NCBI GenBank assembly: GCA_009859145.1
Contig: VRVR01000033.1
Coordinates: 235,966-299,965 of the forward strand
Length of the DNA stretch: 64,000 nt
Source: Andalucia godoyi And28
Taxonomy: Eukaryota > Protista > Jakobida
Direction of reading: 5' to 3'
Positions within the stretch are counted from its first letter, which is position 1. Every line of letters begins with the position of its first letter. This document shows positions 1 to 10,068 of this stretch, one piece after another. The notes below the pieces were generated by a model. That model searched no databases and was not told the DNA's origin. It saw only the letters and a list, made by a program, of their open reading frames with translations. A program made the translations under genes and the position numbers.

Positions 1-3000
1 TTGACGATGTCTTTCTGGTCTCGCAAAAGAGAGTATGCGAGACACGCAATGAGAACAGCATCTGGATTTTCTCTAGAAATAAGCAGCAGCAAAAAGCAAA
101 GCAGCGGACTGGTGTGATACCGAAAGTGATGGAACCCAGTAGAAATCGCTCGAGAGAAGGAATTGCATTTGGACAAAAACAAGACCTCAAAGAACGTCCC
201 CCACTCCGCGCTCAGTTTCCTTGCAGCGGCAAACCGATGCCGGCGAGAGAAGTACAGGATGAGATCCTCCTGTGGCAAGCCAAGCATCGACAGCGGCGCG
301 AGTCCGTTTTCAAAGACATCAAAATGAGGCGGAAGAAACTGGGGAAAATACGGAGATATCATCTTGAGGAAGAGGAATTTGACCTGGTCCGGAAGAACGG
401 CAGCAGTGGTCTTGATCACAGGTATCCACAGCAAAAGGCTGGGATTCGCTGCGTGAAATCGAGCAAAGCACTTGTGCGCTTTTGGAAAGTTCTTCATATG
501 ACAAGAATAGACAGCCTGCGCGTACCACAGAAAGACACCGCAGTCGACATACCGTACCATCGATACTGCATCAAACGCACTCTCCGCAGTCTTGAAGGCA
601 TCAGGAACGACGATGTCCTCAGCACGAACAGGTGGCGCTTTCAGCTCTTCTTGTGCACAAGAAGGAGCATACAATTTTGTCAAATCCATGCCCGGAATAT
701 TCGCAAGCACATAAACTCCACCAACTGAGCACGGCAGATCCTGCATTCTCGGGGGATTTCCGAGGATGTGCGTGAAAAATGCCAACTGCAGTGCTGAATT
801 GATGTCATTATTGCCGCTGCTCAGCATGACCTGCTCATCCTGATTCCTAAACACAGCATCCAAGTAATTCCACTGTAGCCTTGAACCAGACAGAATTTCT
901 CCAGAGCGCAAAATGGATGCCCAGACAGACTGAGTATCTGCAGACAGCGCACGCACAGGAGGGATCGTCGAGGAGTCGGAGGAAGAATAGAAACGAATGC
1001 AAAATGGGGACGCAGAGACATCTTCCAATTTCAAGAAGCAGTTTTGCACAGAGTCGCCCGAGAAATAGCATTCAAGAGCAGGAATCAGAAATTCGATGAT
1101 GTTGGACAGTTCGGCAAACTTCAAGAGCCTGAGATGCAACGAGTAGTCGCGAGAATTTGCAAGAATCGAAAACAAAACCTTTGCAATTAATCGGTAGGAG
1201 ACAATCGAACAGTCATCAAGAAGGGGAACCTGAATTCGGAAAGCATTTTCTTTGCAGAAGGTCCACAAATCCGTACCATCGGCATTGCCAAATACAAGAA
1301 GTTCAAATGGAATCAACAATCCAGGTACCTCCGGCAACTTCAAAGCGGCATCCGAGTGTGCCATCAAAAACTGGGGCAACGCATTCTCTGCACGAGGCGC
1401 CGATGCGTAGGGGATCCATAGCTCATCTGCTGTCGACAAAAACAAGGATGCAACAGGATGGTCGCCAAGGACCGAAACCGCAGAACGGAGCCACTCTTCC
1501 CAGCCGTTCGTAGAGAATAGGAAGCGAATTGAACTCGGCAAGGCTGCATCCCTTGCACAACCAATGAGATCAAACTGCTGCATGTACTGAACACAGTCTC
1601 GGAACCGTCGATGGTCCGATAAAACATGCAGCGCCGCAATGTGCAACTGCGAGAGCTGGCCTCGTGGAAACACCTCTCTCATTCTTGTCAAAACTTCCTC
1701 CGTTGCACGAACACACAAATCCCAGATAGAACTATCACTCACCCAGCGTTGCGCAAACACGTGGGGTTCCGCGGTAAGTCGGTGAAACTCGCATGGCAGC
1801 ACGACCTTCCTTTTCCAGAAACAGAGAGCAAAATCCAAATAAAATGGCGCTGCTAATTGCGAGCCTACAATCGAGTCTAAATCAACCAGCTGCCAATCCT
1901 TTGCTCCAGTACCAAGCGTCAACTGATTCGCAACATATTCTAAAAGCTCTCCTCCTCGCTGCAAGATGCAGCGAAGAACGGCGGCACCAAACAATGTGCA
2001 TGCCCTCCATTCGTACTCTTCCCGGAACGGCATATGCAGAATGGAGAGTATTTCCGAGGTAGAAGAGGACATCAGAATCTCGAGGACCAGAGACGAGAAC
2101 TCCGAGTCACGCAACACCATCGGCAAGCTGGCTCGCGTCCGAAGAGCTTTCCACATTCCGAGCGCTTCAGTGTCTGACATTTTCACGAATTCCTTGGAAG
2201 ACGGTCGATCGGCTTTTGTCAATAGCAGCAGTGGAGCGTTGCGAATGGTGGAGAGTAAATCAGGATGAATAACGGAATGAACGAGTTCTGGTGACATCAA
2301 AATCAAGCGCAAAAGAGTCTGATAGGAAAAGCCCCATTGGGCAGAAAGTTCCAAAGCCAGCCGGAGATCAATAGACCCGGCGATAATCTCTCGGACAAGC
2401 CCAGACACATGGGTCGACTGAGCATCTCCAAATATTGGAGCCTCCACAATCGGAACTTCCAGGCGGGGGACACCAGGCATTTCACTCCACGTGACCTTCC
2501 CTGACACAGCATCTGGAATCTTGCGAGACACTTCTACACAGTAACGAATGATACTCTGCGCAATCCGCGGGAATTCACACAAGGGAGCAATCCACCTGTC
2601 CAGCTTCCGGCGCTCCTTTGCCGCGACCGCGAGCAGCTCACGCAACATTCCCTCATCTTTTTCCGTAACGGCTTGCTGGATCAAAGCATCAAACTCCTCG
2701 TCGGAAAGCGCCAACGCGTCAAGCGGAATGTACGTCGCAAGAAGGTGCCGAGGAATTTTCGACAAGCTGTCGCTCTGTGCGAAAGTAAACACGTGTCCGA
2801 CTTCCGGGAAGCACACAACAACAGATCCTGCAGTCGCCGGGGGAACATACTCGAGGGGATTTTGACGAATCGTGGCTCCGCAAAAGGGAAAGTACAGGCA
2901 GTCTGAATTGGAAATGCTGAAGGCAGACACAACATCAAGCGGCACTGCAGTCGTGTCCGACCCGCAAAATGTGAAACAATCCGAAGAAAACTTCCGTCGT

Positions 3001-3731
3001 GCGGAAGGGAGACGAACGATCGACGCCATGGCACTTTTGGATTCCGTTCCCATATGTCTCATGGCGAGAAGAAGCTGATTCGAGAAACAGAAGATGGATT
3101 CGCACGCTTGAATCCTGCAGACGCTGGTGAACTCGACCGTCGCAGAATCGAACACGCAGAGCGATTGGTCTTCCAATAGCACATACAGCTCCTCATTGCA
3201 GAATGAAGCAACCGACTTGACGATTTTCGACAGCGTAACAAGCTGTCGTGAAACCATTTCCGTGCCAAGTACCTTCATAATTGTGCACTGCCTGCCGATG
3301 AACACAAATATGTACTGCGACGCTGTAGCCACAAACACATTTTCAGTGCTGGACGTCGCGCTGAGCCGTGTTCCTCCACACAGTTCGTCGTATTGAAAGC
3401 GCCTTGCAAAGCAGTCTGCATAAACCTCATGTGCAGAGCCCGACACGAACGACAAGATCGACTCCTCAGCAACCATCTTCCTTTGCAAAAAGCTGCCTCT
3501 CACAAAGCACGTTGTGATGGACCGGTCTTCGTGCAGCATAACGAGCATCGAGCCTGCAAAGTTGTGGAGCATGCACAGCTGCACACACTGCACGCCCGAG
3601 TTACACAGCGAGATAGGCGAAGAAGTGAAAGGCAAAATACGAACGCAGCGCGACTCGTCGACGCCAAACGCGATCCTCTTCGATCGGAGAACATATATAC
3701 ATTTGCACGCACCATCGAGCAGCCTGCTCAT
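1..3731 (-). CDS. Large (>1240 aa) protein, 3'-truncated by the window edge; probable N-terminal beta-rich region followed by alpha-solenoid; weak resemblance to spatacsin/SPG11
   Basis: Manual translation from ATG 3731 (MSRLLDGACKCIYVLRSK...) stays open to the window edge (...YSLLRDQKDIV). The ORF track lists no ORF in this frame, consistent with an unterminated ORF. The segment YFSRRHRFAAARKL...FLSKCN loosely recalls SPG11; the product call is low confidence. Confidence 0.75.
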   Translation of the reverse strand, partial: MSRLLDGACKCIYVLRSKRIAFGVDESRCVRILPFTSSPISLCNSGVQCVQLCMLHNFAGSMLVMLHEDRSITTCFVRGSFLQRKMVAEESILSFVSGSAHEVYADCFARRFQYDELCGGTRLSATSSTENVFVATASQYIFVFIGRQCTIMKVLGTEMVSRQLVTLSKIVKSVASFCNEELYVLLEDQSLCVFDSATVEFTSVCRIQACESIFCFSNQLLLAMRHMGTESKSAMASIVRLPSARRKFSSDCFTFCGSDTTAVPLDVVSAFSISNSDCLYFPFCGATIRQNPLEYVPPATAGSVVVCFPEVGHVFTFAQSDSLSKIPRHLLATYIPLDALALSDEEFDALIQQAVTEKDEGMLRELLAVAAKERRKLDRWIAPLCEFPRIAQSIIRYCVEVSRKIPDAVSGKVTWSEMPGVPRLEVPIVEAPIFGDAQSTHVSGLVREIIAGSIDLRLALELSAQWGFSYQTLLRLILMSPELVHSVIHPDLLSTIRNAPLLLLTKADRPSSKEFVKMSDTEALGMWKALRTRASLPMVLRDSEFSSLVLEILMSSSTSEILSILHMPFREEYEWRACTLFGAAVLRCILQRGGELLEYVANQLTLGTGAKDWQLVDLDSIVGSQLAAPFYLDFALCFWKRKVVLPCEFHRLTAEPHVFAQRWVSDSSIWDLCVRATEEVLTRMREVFPRGQLSQLHIAALHVLSDHRRFRDCVQYMQQFDLIGCARDAALPSSIRFLFSTNGWEEWLRSAVSVLGDHPVASLFLSTADELWIPYASAPRAENALPQFLMAHSDAALKLPEVPGLLIPFELLVFGNADGTDLWTFCKENAFRIQVPLLDDCSIVSYRLIAKVLFSILANSRDYSLHLRLLKFAELSNIIEFLIPALECYFSGDSVQNCFLKLEDVSASPFCIRFYSSSDSSTIPPVRALSADTQSVWASILRSGEILSGSRLQWNYLDAVFRNQDEQVMLSSGNNDINSALQLAFFTHILGNPPRMQDLPCSVGGVYVLANIPGMDLTKLYAPSCAQEELKAPPVRAEDIVVPDAFKTAESAFDAVSMVRYVDCGVFLWYAQAVYSCHMKNFPKAHKCFARFHAANPSLLLWIPVIKTTAAVLPDQVKFLFLKMISPYFPQFLPPHFDVFENGLAPLSMLGLPQEDLILYFSRRHRFAAARKLSAEWGTFFEVLFLSKCNSFSRAISTGFHHFRYHTSPLLCFLLLLISRENPDAVLIACLAYSLLRDQKDIV

Positions 3732-3819
3732 TTCTCAACCAATTCTCTTGAGACGCGGAAACCCTTCAGTGCGATCAGTGCGGTTTCGGATAGCAGTAGT
3801 GTTCTGTATATAAAAATAC

Positions 3820-3857
<38 letters not shown>

Positions 3858-4042
3858 GCAATAACAATAACAATAACACAATAATTTTAATTTTAAAAAA
3901 CACTGCGGAATGAAAAAGATGCTTTGGGGTTTTGACCGCATTTCACAGCGGACTACGACTGCCAGTGCTCACTATGGGCAGGAACGTGCATGGACTGTTC
4001 CCTTTCGGAAAGCGTGGGACGGGTGAAAAGCCGGAAGCGCGT

Positions 4043-5851
4043 TTACAGCTTGATGACGGAGCCAGATCCGCTGGCTCCGTTATAAATGAAGGTGTTGCAC
4101 AAGGGGATTCGCTGGAAAGTAACAATTTTGAGAAATTCCTGGGATGCGACGCCGCCCATGACAGCAGCGATGTTGTGGATTTCGGAAGTAGCGCCGCGAC
4201 AACACTCCTTGACAAGATCGAGCGGAACTTCAGCGATGTCCGGAAACATCTGGTGGATCAACACGAGAACCTCCGCTGCATCTCCTTCCATGTCCGAGGG
4301 AAACACGCCATGTTTCTCATGAAATGCCTCAAACGCTCGGAATATAGGATAAAAGACGCCGCAGTGGCCGCTTTCGAGCTGCTGCAGCGCCGCAATCACC
4401 TCGGACGTTGCCGGCTTCTCATACTCCTCACGCAGAGTTCTGCAATGAACGAGTCTGAGAGCCGTGGCATTGGAGACAACCTGCTCAATTAGATCTATCG
4501 GGATGCCGGCAACAGATTGGTCGTCTTGATCTGCAGACGAGCCGCCGAGATTTTGTGCCAGTATACTCTGAATGTGTGCGAGATCAGACTTTTGCTTTGC
4601 TCGATATGCTTCCTGCAGTGCAACATACTGCAGTGTATCAGCAGTCATATCTGGGACTTTCCCCAGAAGCGGCAACGAGCGCGTTTCCTTTACAAACTCG
4701 GAAATCGCTGCGACAACCGCCCATATCTGAGCCCGCTCCTTGTCGACCGCGGAAATTGCCTTCCCTGACGACCCTGTCGGACTCGAAAACGGCAAAGATC
4801 CTGAAGCCGTGGAAGTCGGATTACTGACGCCCGCAGTCGACTGCGAGGAACTGGACAAATTCATGGATAGCTTTGCATCCAAGGCCGTTCCAATCGAGCC
4901 TATCCTGCCGAAGCTTCTCGATCCACCACTGGCACTTGTAAGACCTTGCGACATCATCGTTGAAAACGCAGACGTGCATTCCGAGTACGAGACCAGTGTT
5001 TGAAAATTCGGATCTCGCAGCACAGCATCTGCAGTGAAGAAGGCTGCGTGTGCAAACCTCTCTGCTTCTTCAAAATTCGCTTCATCGTGCGACCGTCGCA
5101 GCGCCCGCACAAACATTTCTTTGAACTCTGTCTTTTCCGAATAGGTAGCGGGAGGCTTGTCTGTCTGCTTCTCAGCTTTCCAGTTTGCGAGCGCAATTGC
5201 CAGGATAACAGGATATGGAATATGCGCGTGCTGCTCGCTGTCCATTTGCGCAATGGAGTCTGCAACTGCCCCAACAAGAGCATTGAGCTGTGGAAACCCG
5301 TCTGCGATTCTCAAGTGCTCTATCTGCTTTTCTGTTCGCGATTCGACTACAAGATGCCCTTGCGCAACAATGCGCAGCGACGAAAAGACCCCGAACGACC
5401 GGATGATGAGCAGCGGTATTCGAAGCGCAGACAGCTGCTGATCCAGAGACAGAAGCGCGGTCTTGGAGAGAAACGTCGCGACAACGACAGCCGAGAACTG
5501 CGAAAGCACATCACAGAGGTCGCATCGAGACAAGAAGTCCGAGAGCGGCGCATGGACGTATGATCCCTTTACAGACGGATTCAGTTCTCGCAGCAGCTTC
5601 GTCACAATCTCCGCTCGTGGCTGCCCGATCGAATCAACTGTCACGAAAAAGTTGTTGCCGCAATCCCGCTCCGTGATCAACGACCCGTCTACCACTGTAA
5701 AACTCCCAATGTTCGGCAACACTAGATTCTTCAAAAACTCGGTTCCGACCGCCGTCGCGCCCAACACTAGCACACTCGAGCGCTCCAGCCGACTCTGGCC
5801 ATGATCACCCCACAGGCGCAGCTGCCGATCATACTTTTGCGTACTGCTCAT
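4043..5851 (-). CDS. NAE1: NEDD8-activating enzyme E1 regulatory subunit (APPBP1/Ula1)
   Basis: N-terminus KYDRQLRLWGDHGQ..LE.S.VLVLGATAVGTEFLKNLVLPNIGSFTVVDG and C-terminal EIHNIAAVMGGVASQEFLKIVTFQRIPLCNTFIYNG are diagnostic. Confidence 0.95.
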   Translation of the reverse strand: MSSTQKYDRQLRLWGDHGQSRLERSSVLVLGATAVGTEFLKNLVLPNIGSFTVVDGSLITERDCGNNFFVTVDSIGQPRAEIVTKLLRELNPSVKGSYVHAPLSDFLSRCDLCDVLSQFSAVVVATFLSKTALLSLDQQLSALRIPLLIIRSFGVFSSLRIVAQGHLVVESRTEKQIEHLRIADGFPQLNALVGAVADSIAQMDSEQHAHIPYPVILAIALANWKAEKQTDKPPATYSEKTEFKEMFVRALRRSHDEANFEEAERFAHAAFFTADAVLRDPNFQTLVSYSECTSAFSTMMSQGLTSASGGSRSFGRIGSIGTALDAKLSMNLSSSSQSTAGVSNPTSTASGSLPFSSPTGSSGKAISAVDKERAQIWAVVAAISEFVKETRSLPLLGKVPDMTADTLQYVALQEAYRAKQKSDLAHIQSILAQNLGGSSADQDDQSVAGIPIDLIEQVVSNATALRLVHCRTLREEYEKPATSEVIAALQQLESGHCGVFYPIFRAFEAFHEKHGVFPSDMEGDAAEVLVLIHQMFPDIAEVPLDLVKECCRGATSEIHNIAAVMGGVASQEFLKIVTFQRIPLCNTFIYNGASGSGSVIKL

Positions 5852-5879
5852 CCCTCTCTCTATCTCTCCCTCTCTCTCC

Positions 5880-5911
<32 letters not shown>

Positions 5912-5949
5912 TGCGGTGTGCGGTGACTACGTGTGTGTTCAGGGGAGAG

Positions 5950-6222
5950 CGCGCACATGGTGTTTACAATGCACACTGTGAAAAAGATCCGGCGACCGAC
6001 CGACGGTCACCAAGCAAACCGTCGTACGGCACGCATACACAACCCCTGGCACGTCTGGATCGAGACTGGAGTAGTGCGCGCGACATCTGCTTTGAAGAAC
6101 GCTTGGGCGTATTCGAGCCTGCCCCCCATTTCTGTATTGAATTCACATCCCCGTTCGAATGCAAGACTGAGTATGGACAGGTCAGCAACGACTCGCCTTT
6201 TGCTTCGTGGACAACGTAGACA
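5950..6222 (+). mobile_element. Diverged Fanzor2/TnpB-derived non-autonomous element relic (subfamily R)
   Basis: 6055-6100 encodes LDRDWSSARDIC and aligns at DNA level with 44328-44373. TGCAAGACTGAGTATG at 6160 matches 44419. The end GTGGACAACGTAGACA matches GTGTACAATGTAGGCG (7844-7859) at 12/16. Left boundary uncertain. Confidence 0.6.
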
Positions 6223-6383
6223 TCTGCTGTAACATGAACCTCTCTTGCTTTGTGTTTTGTATTCTGCTGCTCAAAACCCTAACCCTAAGGCAGTCCTTTT
6301 TCTGTTTTCCTCAACAGGGAATTCCCGTGTTTCCTCTCTATTATATATGCAGTTTCCGCATGAGACAGAGAGAGAGAGAGAGA

Positions 6384-6415
<32 letters not shown>

Positions 6416-6551
6416 AAGAGTTTGTGCGAATAAGCGAGTGTTCTTCCGTGTGTGTGTGCGTGTGAGTGGTTTGAATTGTGAAAAAAAGAAAAAAAAGAAA
6501 GGGTGTGACGAGTGACGAGGAAGGATAAGAAGAACAGAAAGAAGAAGAAAA

Positions 6552-7472
6552 ATGAAGAAAAAGGTTCTGTTGATGGGAAAGTCGAACGCGGGAAAGACGT
6601 CGATGCGGTCGATTATTTTTGCGAATTATGTTGCGCGAGACACGATGCGGCTTGGAGCGACGATTGATGTGGAGCATTCACATGTGAAGTTTCTTGGAAA
6701 CCTGGTGCTGAACATCTGGGATTGTGGTGGCCAGGACACGTTTATGGAGAATTATTTGCAGAGTCAGCGCGATCATATTTTCCGGAATGTCGAAGTCTTG
6801 ATTTATCTGTTTGATATCGAGTCCCGCGAATACGTCAAGGATCTGCAGTACTACAAGTCCATTGTGGAGGCGCTGAAGGAGCACTCGGAAAACGCGCAGA
6901 TTTTCTGTCTGATCCACAAGATGGATCTTGTTGCAGAGGAGCAGCGAGAAATTGTGTTTGCGCAAAAGGAGGCAGAGCTGAAGAAGGCATCACAGCCGTT
7001 CAACATCCGCTGCTACAAGACGTCGATCTGGGATGAAACGCTGTATGCCGCATGGTCTGCAATCGTGAATGCGCTGATTCCGAACGTCAACACCCTTGCG
7101 CGGCACCTCGAGCACTTCGCGTCGGTGTGCGACGCTGACGAAGTCGTGTTGTTTGAGAGAGCGACGTTCTTGGTCATTGCCTCGGCGACGATCAAGCAGC
7201 AGCAGGACGTTCACAGGTTCGAGAAAATCTCAAACATCATCAAGCAGTTCAAGCTCTCAAGCTCAAAGCTGCAGGGTGCGCAGTTTGCGTCGCTGGAAGT
7301 GCGGAACAACTCTTTTGCGGCCTTCATGGAAGCATTTACCTCCAATACGTACATTATGATTGTTTCTTCGGACGTCTCCATCCAGTCCGCAAGTATCCAT
7401 ATGAATGTGTCTGTGGCGAGACAGCACTTTGAAAAACTCCAGTCCAGCTCACAGGCGGCAAACGTGCTCTAG
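6552..7472 (+). CDS. RRAGA: Rag GTPase A/B (Gtr1)
   Basis: [65 protein letters not shown] motifs. Confidence 0.97.
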   Translation: MKKKVLLMGKSNAGKTSMRSIIFANYVARDTMRLGATIDVEHSHVKFLGNLVLNIWDCGGQDTFMENYLQSQRDHIFRNVEVLIYLFDIESREYVKDLQYYKSIVEALKEHSENAQIFCLIHKMDLVAEEQREIVFAQKEAELKKASQPFNIRCYKTSIWDETLYAAWSAIVNALIPNVNTLARHLEHFASVCDADEVVLFERATFLVIASATIKQQQDVHRFEKISNIIKQFKLSSSKLQGAQFASLEVRNNSFAAFMEAFTSNTYIMIVSSDVSIQSASIHMNVSVARQHFEKLQSSSQAANVL

Positions 7473-7612
7473 AAGATTTTGTTCCATCCATAATTCCATC
7501 CTGTCCCACCCATCCATACCCTGGCTCTGCTCTGAACTGCGTGTGCCTGCGTGCATGTATGCGTGTCCTACATGTGTTAAAGAATTAATTAAAAAAAAAA
7601 AGATAATTCAAT

Positions 7613-7859
7613 CACCGTTGCCGCTTATTGCGATATGATGAAGCCATCTGAAGCGCACCAAAACAGGAACACTGCCATGCGCCATGCGTCTGTTATCTTA
7701 GCAACTCCGTCATACGATGCCCGATTCGTTTCGCCCCATTTTGATCATGAAATCCCTATGTAAATACGCCACCGCGTTGCATTGTGCATGTTGCTGGGTT
7801 GCAGCATTGATTATGGGTGATCGGCGATGATTATCCGTGGTTAGTGTACAATGTAGGCG
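7613..7859 (+). mobile_element. Repeat family A copy 1: short non-autonomous element with a Fanzor-type right end
   Basis: Near-identical inverted copy at 55194-55449; its last ~60 nt are homologous to the right end of the family B elements. Confidence 0.75.
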
Positions 7860-8117
7860 AAGAACTGAAAGTCCCTGCGGCTCTGGGAGCGCCTTCGCAA
7901 ATAGAACGGAAACGAACTCGAGAGGCTGTGCGGGGTGTTGTCTTTTTACTATTTAGAAAAAGGGCACAAGGAAGAAGAAGATGAAGGACAAGGAGAAGAT
8001 CAATAAACACACACATACACACGCACACACAAAACAAAAAAAAGAAAAAGAAAAAAGAAAAGGAAAGGAAAGGAAAGGAAAGGAAAGAAGGACTGGCTGT
8101 TGTTTTTCCTTGATTGT

Positions 8118-9542
8118 CTAGTAGCGGAGCATGTAAGTGAGTCTACGGAAACGGTTCAGGTCCGGAAGCGACTCGGTCGGTCCAATGGCGGCAAGCGACA
8201 CCTCCTGATCATACACGTACTTCATCATGGTCTCTCGCAGCACCTTTGCATCGACATTGTCGATTAGCGCAAACATTTCCGCGGGAGAAATACGTCTTCC
8301 GTACGCCAAAACCTCTCTTCCAATGTCGTCACAGACTGCTGCATTGTCATCCAAAGCCATCATTGCCTGAGCCTTGAGCTGGGCCTTTGCACGCTCAACG
8401 TCCTCCTCAGTAGTCTTCATGCACATGCGAGTGAGTTCGTGCATGACCTCGTATGCAACGTCGTCCAAACGACCAGGCTTTCCGACAACATACACTCCGA
8501 ACAAACCGGTGTCCTTGTAGCAAGTGTTGAAGGCCGAAACATGACTGACAAGATCATCCGCTACGAGTGCCTGGACAAGCTTTGATCCCATATTTGCACC
8601 TGCTGCGCCTGACGCACGGGACCAGGAGCCAAGCATTGTCTGTGCAACCATCAGCGGCACACTATCCGGGTTCACCCACGACGCGCCCTCGAATCCGATT
8701 GCAACATGTGCCTCGTGCATTTCGTCATTGCGAACACGCACGTCTGCACCGACAAATCGAACCTTCCCTGCGCTGGCATGTCCACTGGCGTCCAGCAACG
8801 GTCCGGAGCCCACAGTCGGGACCTTTTCAAATGCACGCGACACCAACTCGACAATCTTCTCGTGCTGGATGTTTCCGGCAGCAGCAACAACCATTCGCGG
8901 AGCAGTGTAGAACGCATTGACGTAGTTGACGATGTCATCGCGCTTCATGTTGCGAATGTTCTTTTCGTTGCCGAGAATGTTGCGTGCAAGTGACGATCCC
9001 TGGAACGCTACGGCATGCAGATGGTCAAAGACCGCTTCATAATGGTTATTCTCAACTTCTTGTTTTTCCCTCAGAATAACCTGACGCTCTGCATCGACAG
9101 CCGCCTCCGAGATTGCCGAGCGCTGCAAGATATCCGCAATGATGTCGACTGCTTTCGGCACGTCGTTTGCGAATGCACGGGCATAGAACGCCGTCATTTC
9201 GCGTGACGTATACGCATTCAGATGTGCACCAAGCGATTCAATCTCGAGCTCGAGTGCAGCTTGCGGCCGCGAAGCAGTTCCTTTGAACAGAACGTGCTCG
9301 AGGAAATGCGCCACCCCATTGTTATTCGCATTCTCAAACCGCGACCCAGTGTCAATCCACACCCCAAGAGACGCTGTGTTTCCATGGCGCTCCTGCGTCG
9401 CAACACGCAGTCCAGACGGAAGAGTCGTCATCTTCGTTGACGGATAACGAAGAATGTGCGAAGGAAGATTCGCACTCGACATGCGCCGGAGGCCGCTCGC
9501 CATCGTCATCACACGCGTCGAAAACAGCATCTTTCTCAACAA
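8118..9542 (-). CDS. PMPCB: Mitochondrial processing peptidase beta subunit (M16 peptidase)
   Basis: Arg-rich presequence, GVAHFLEHVLFKGT (HXXEH), LNAYTSRE, FNTCYKDTGLFGVY, GPTESLPDLNRFRR. Confidence 0.95.
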   Translation of the reverse strand: MLRKMLFSTRVMTMASGLRRMSSANLPSHILRYPSTKMTTLPSGLRVATQERHGNTASLGVWIDTGSRFENANNNGVAHFLEHVLFKGTASRPQAALELEIESLGAHLNAYTSREMTAFYARAFANDVPKAVDIIADILQRSAISEAAVDAERQVILREKQEVENNHYEAVFDHLHAVAFQGSSLARNILGNEKNIRNMKRDDIVNYVNAFYTAPRMVVAAAGNIQHEKIVELVSRAFEKVPTVGSGPLLDASGHASAGKVRFVGADVRVRNDEMHEAHVAIGFEGASWVNPDSVPLMVAQTMLGSWSRASGAAGANMGSKLVQALVADDLVSHVSAFNTCYKDTGLFGVYVVGKPGRLDDVAYEVMHELTRMCMKTTEEDVERAKAQLKAQAMMALDDNAAVCDDIGREVLAYGRRISPAEMFALIDNVDAKVLRETMMKYVYDQEVSLAAIGPTESLPDLNRFRRLTYMLRY

Positions 9543-10068
9543 ATATATAACAATATTATTCTTATTATTATTATTATTATTATTATTATATCAGATTCTT
9601 CTTCTCCTTGGTTCCCGTGGACTACGCCTCCCCCCTCTGAGTATCTGTATCTGTATCTGTATAGCTGTTTGTAAACAACAAAAGAACCAAACAAAAAACA
9701 AAAAACAAAAAGGAAAAGAGAAAGAGAAAGAGAAAGAGAAAGAGAAAGGAAAACAAGAAAACTCAACAGACGCACACCAGACGAACGAGGGTTATTGGTA
9801 CTGCACTGAGTGGACCGAGCAGGGCAGAACGAGAGAGGGTTAAAAATATGTGGGGGCACAATACAAAATGCTCGGGGAAGTGGTTTAGCATCAAGTCGAC
9901 TTGATGCTTGTCTACGATCGGATGAATTGACCCGCAAGGATGAGAAACGTGCTGCAGGCGCTTGCTGGAGGGTGGTAGAGAACAAAGGGTAGAGGGTAGA
10001 GGGTAGAGGATAGAGGATAGAGGATAGAGGATAGAGGGTGGGAGCTGAGGAAAGGATTTAGGGAGGCG

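Noticed and set aside
114-728. 204-aa plus-strand ORF (likewise 14405-15529, 15917-16651, 27117-27794, 39664-40698)
   Set aside because: Antisense or alternative-frame shadows of real genes, with no motifs of their own
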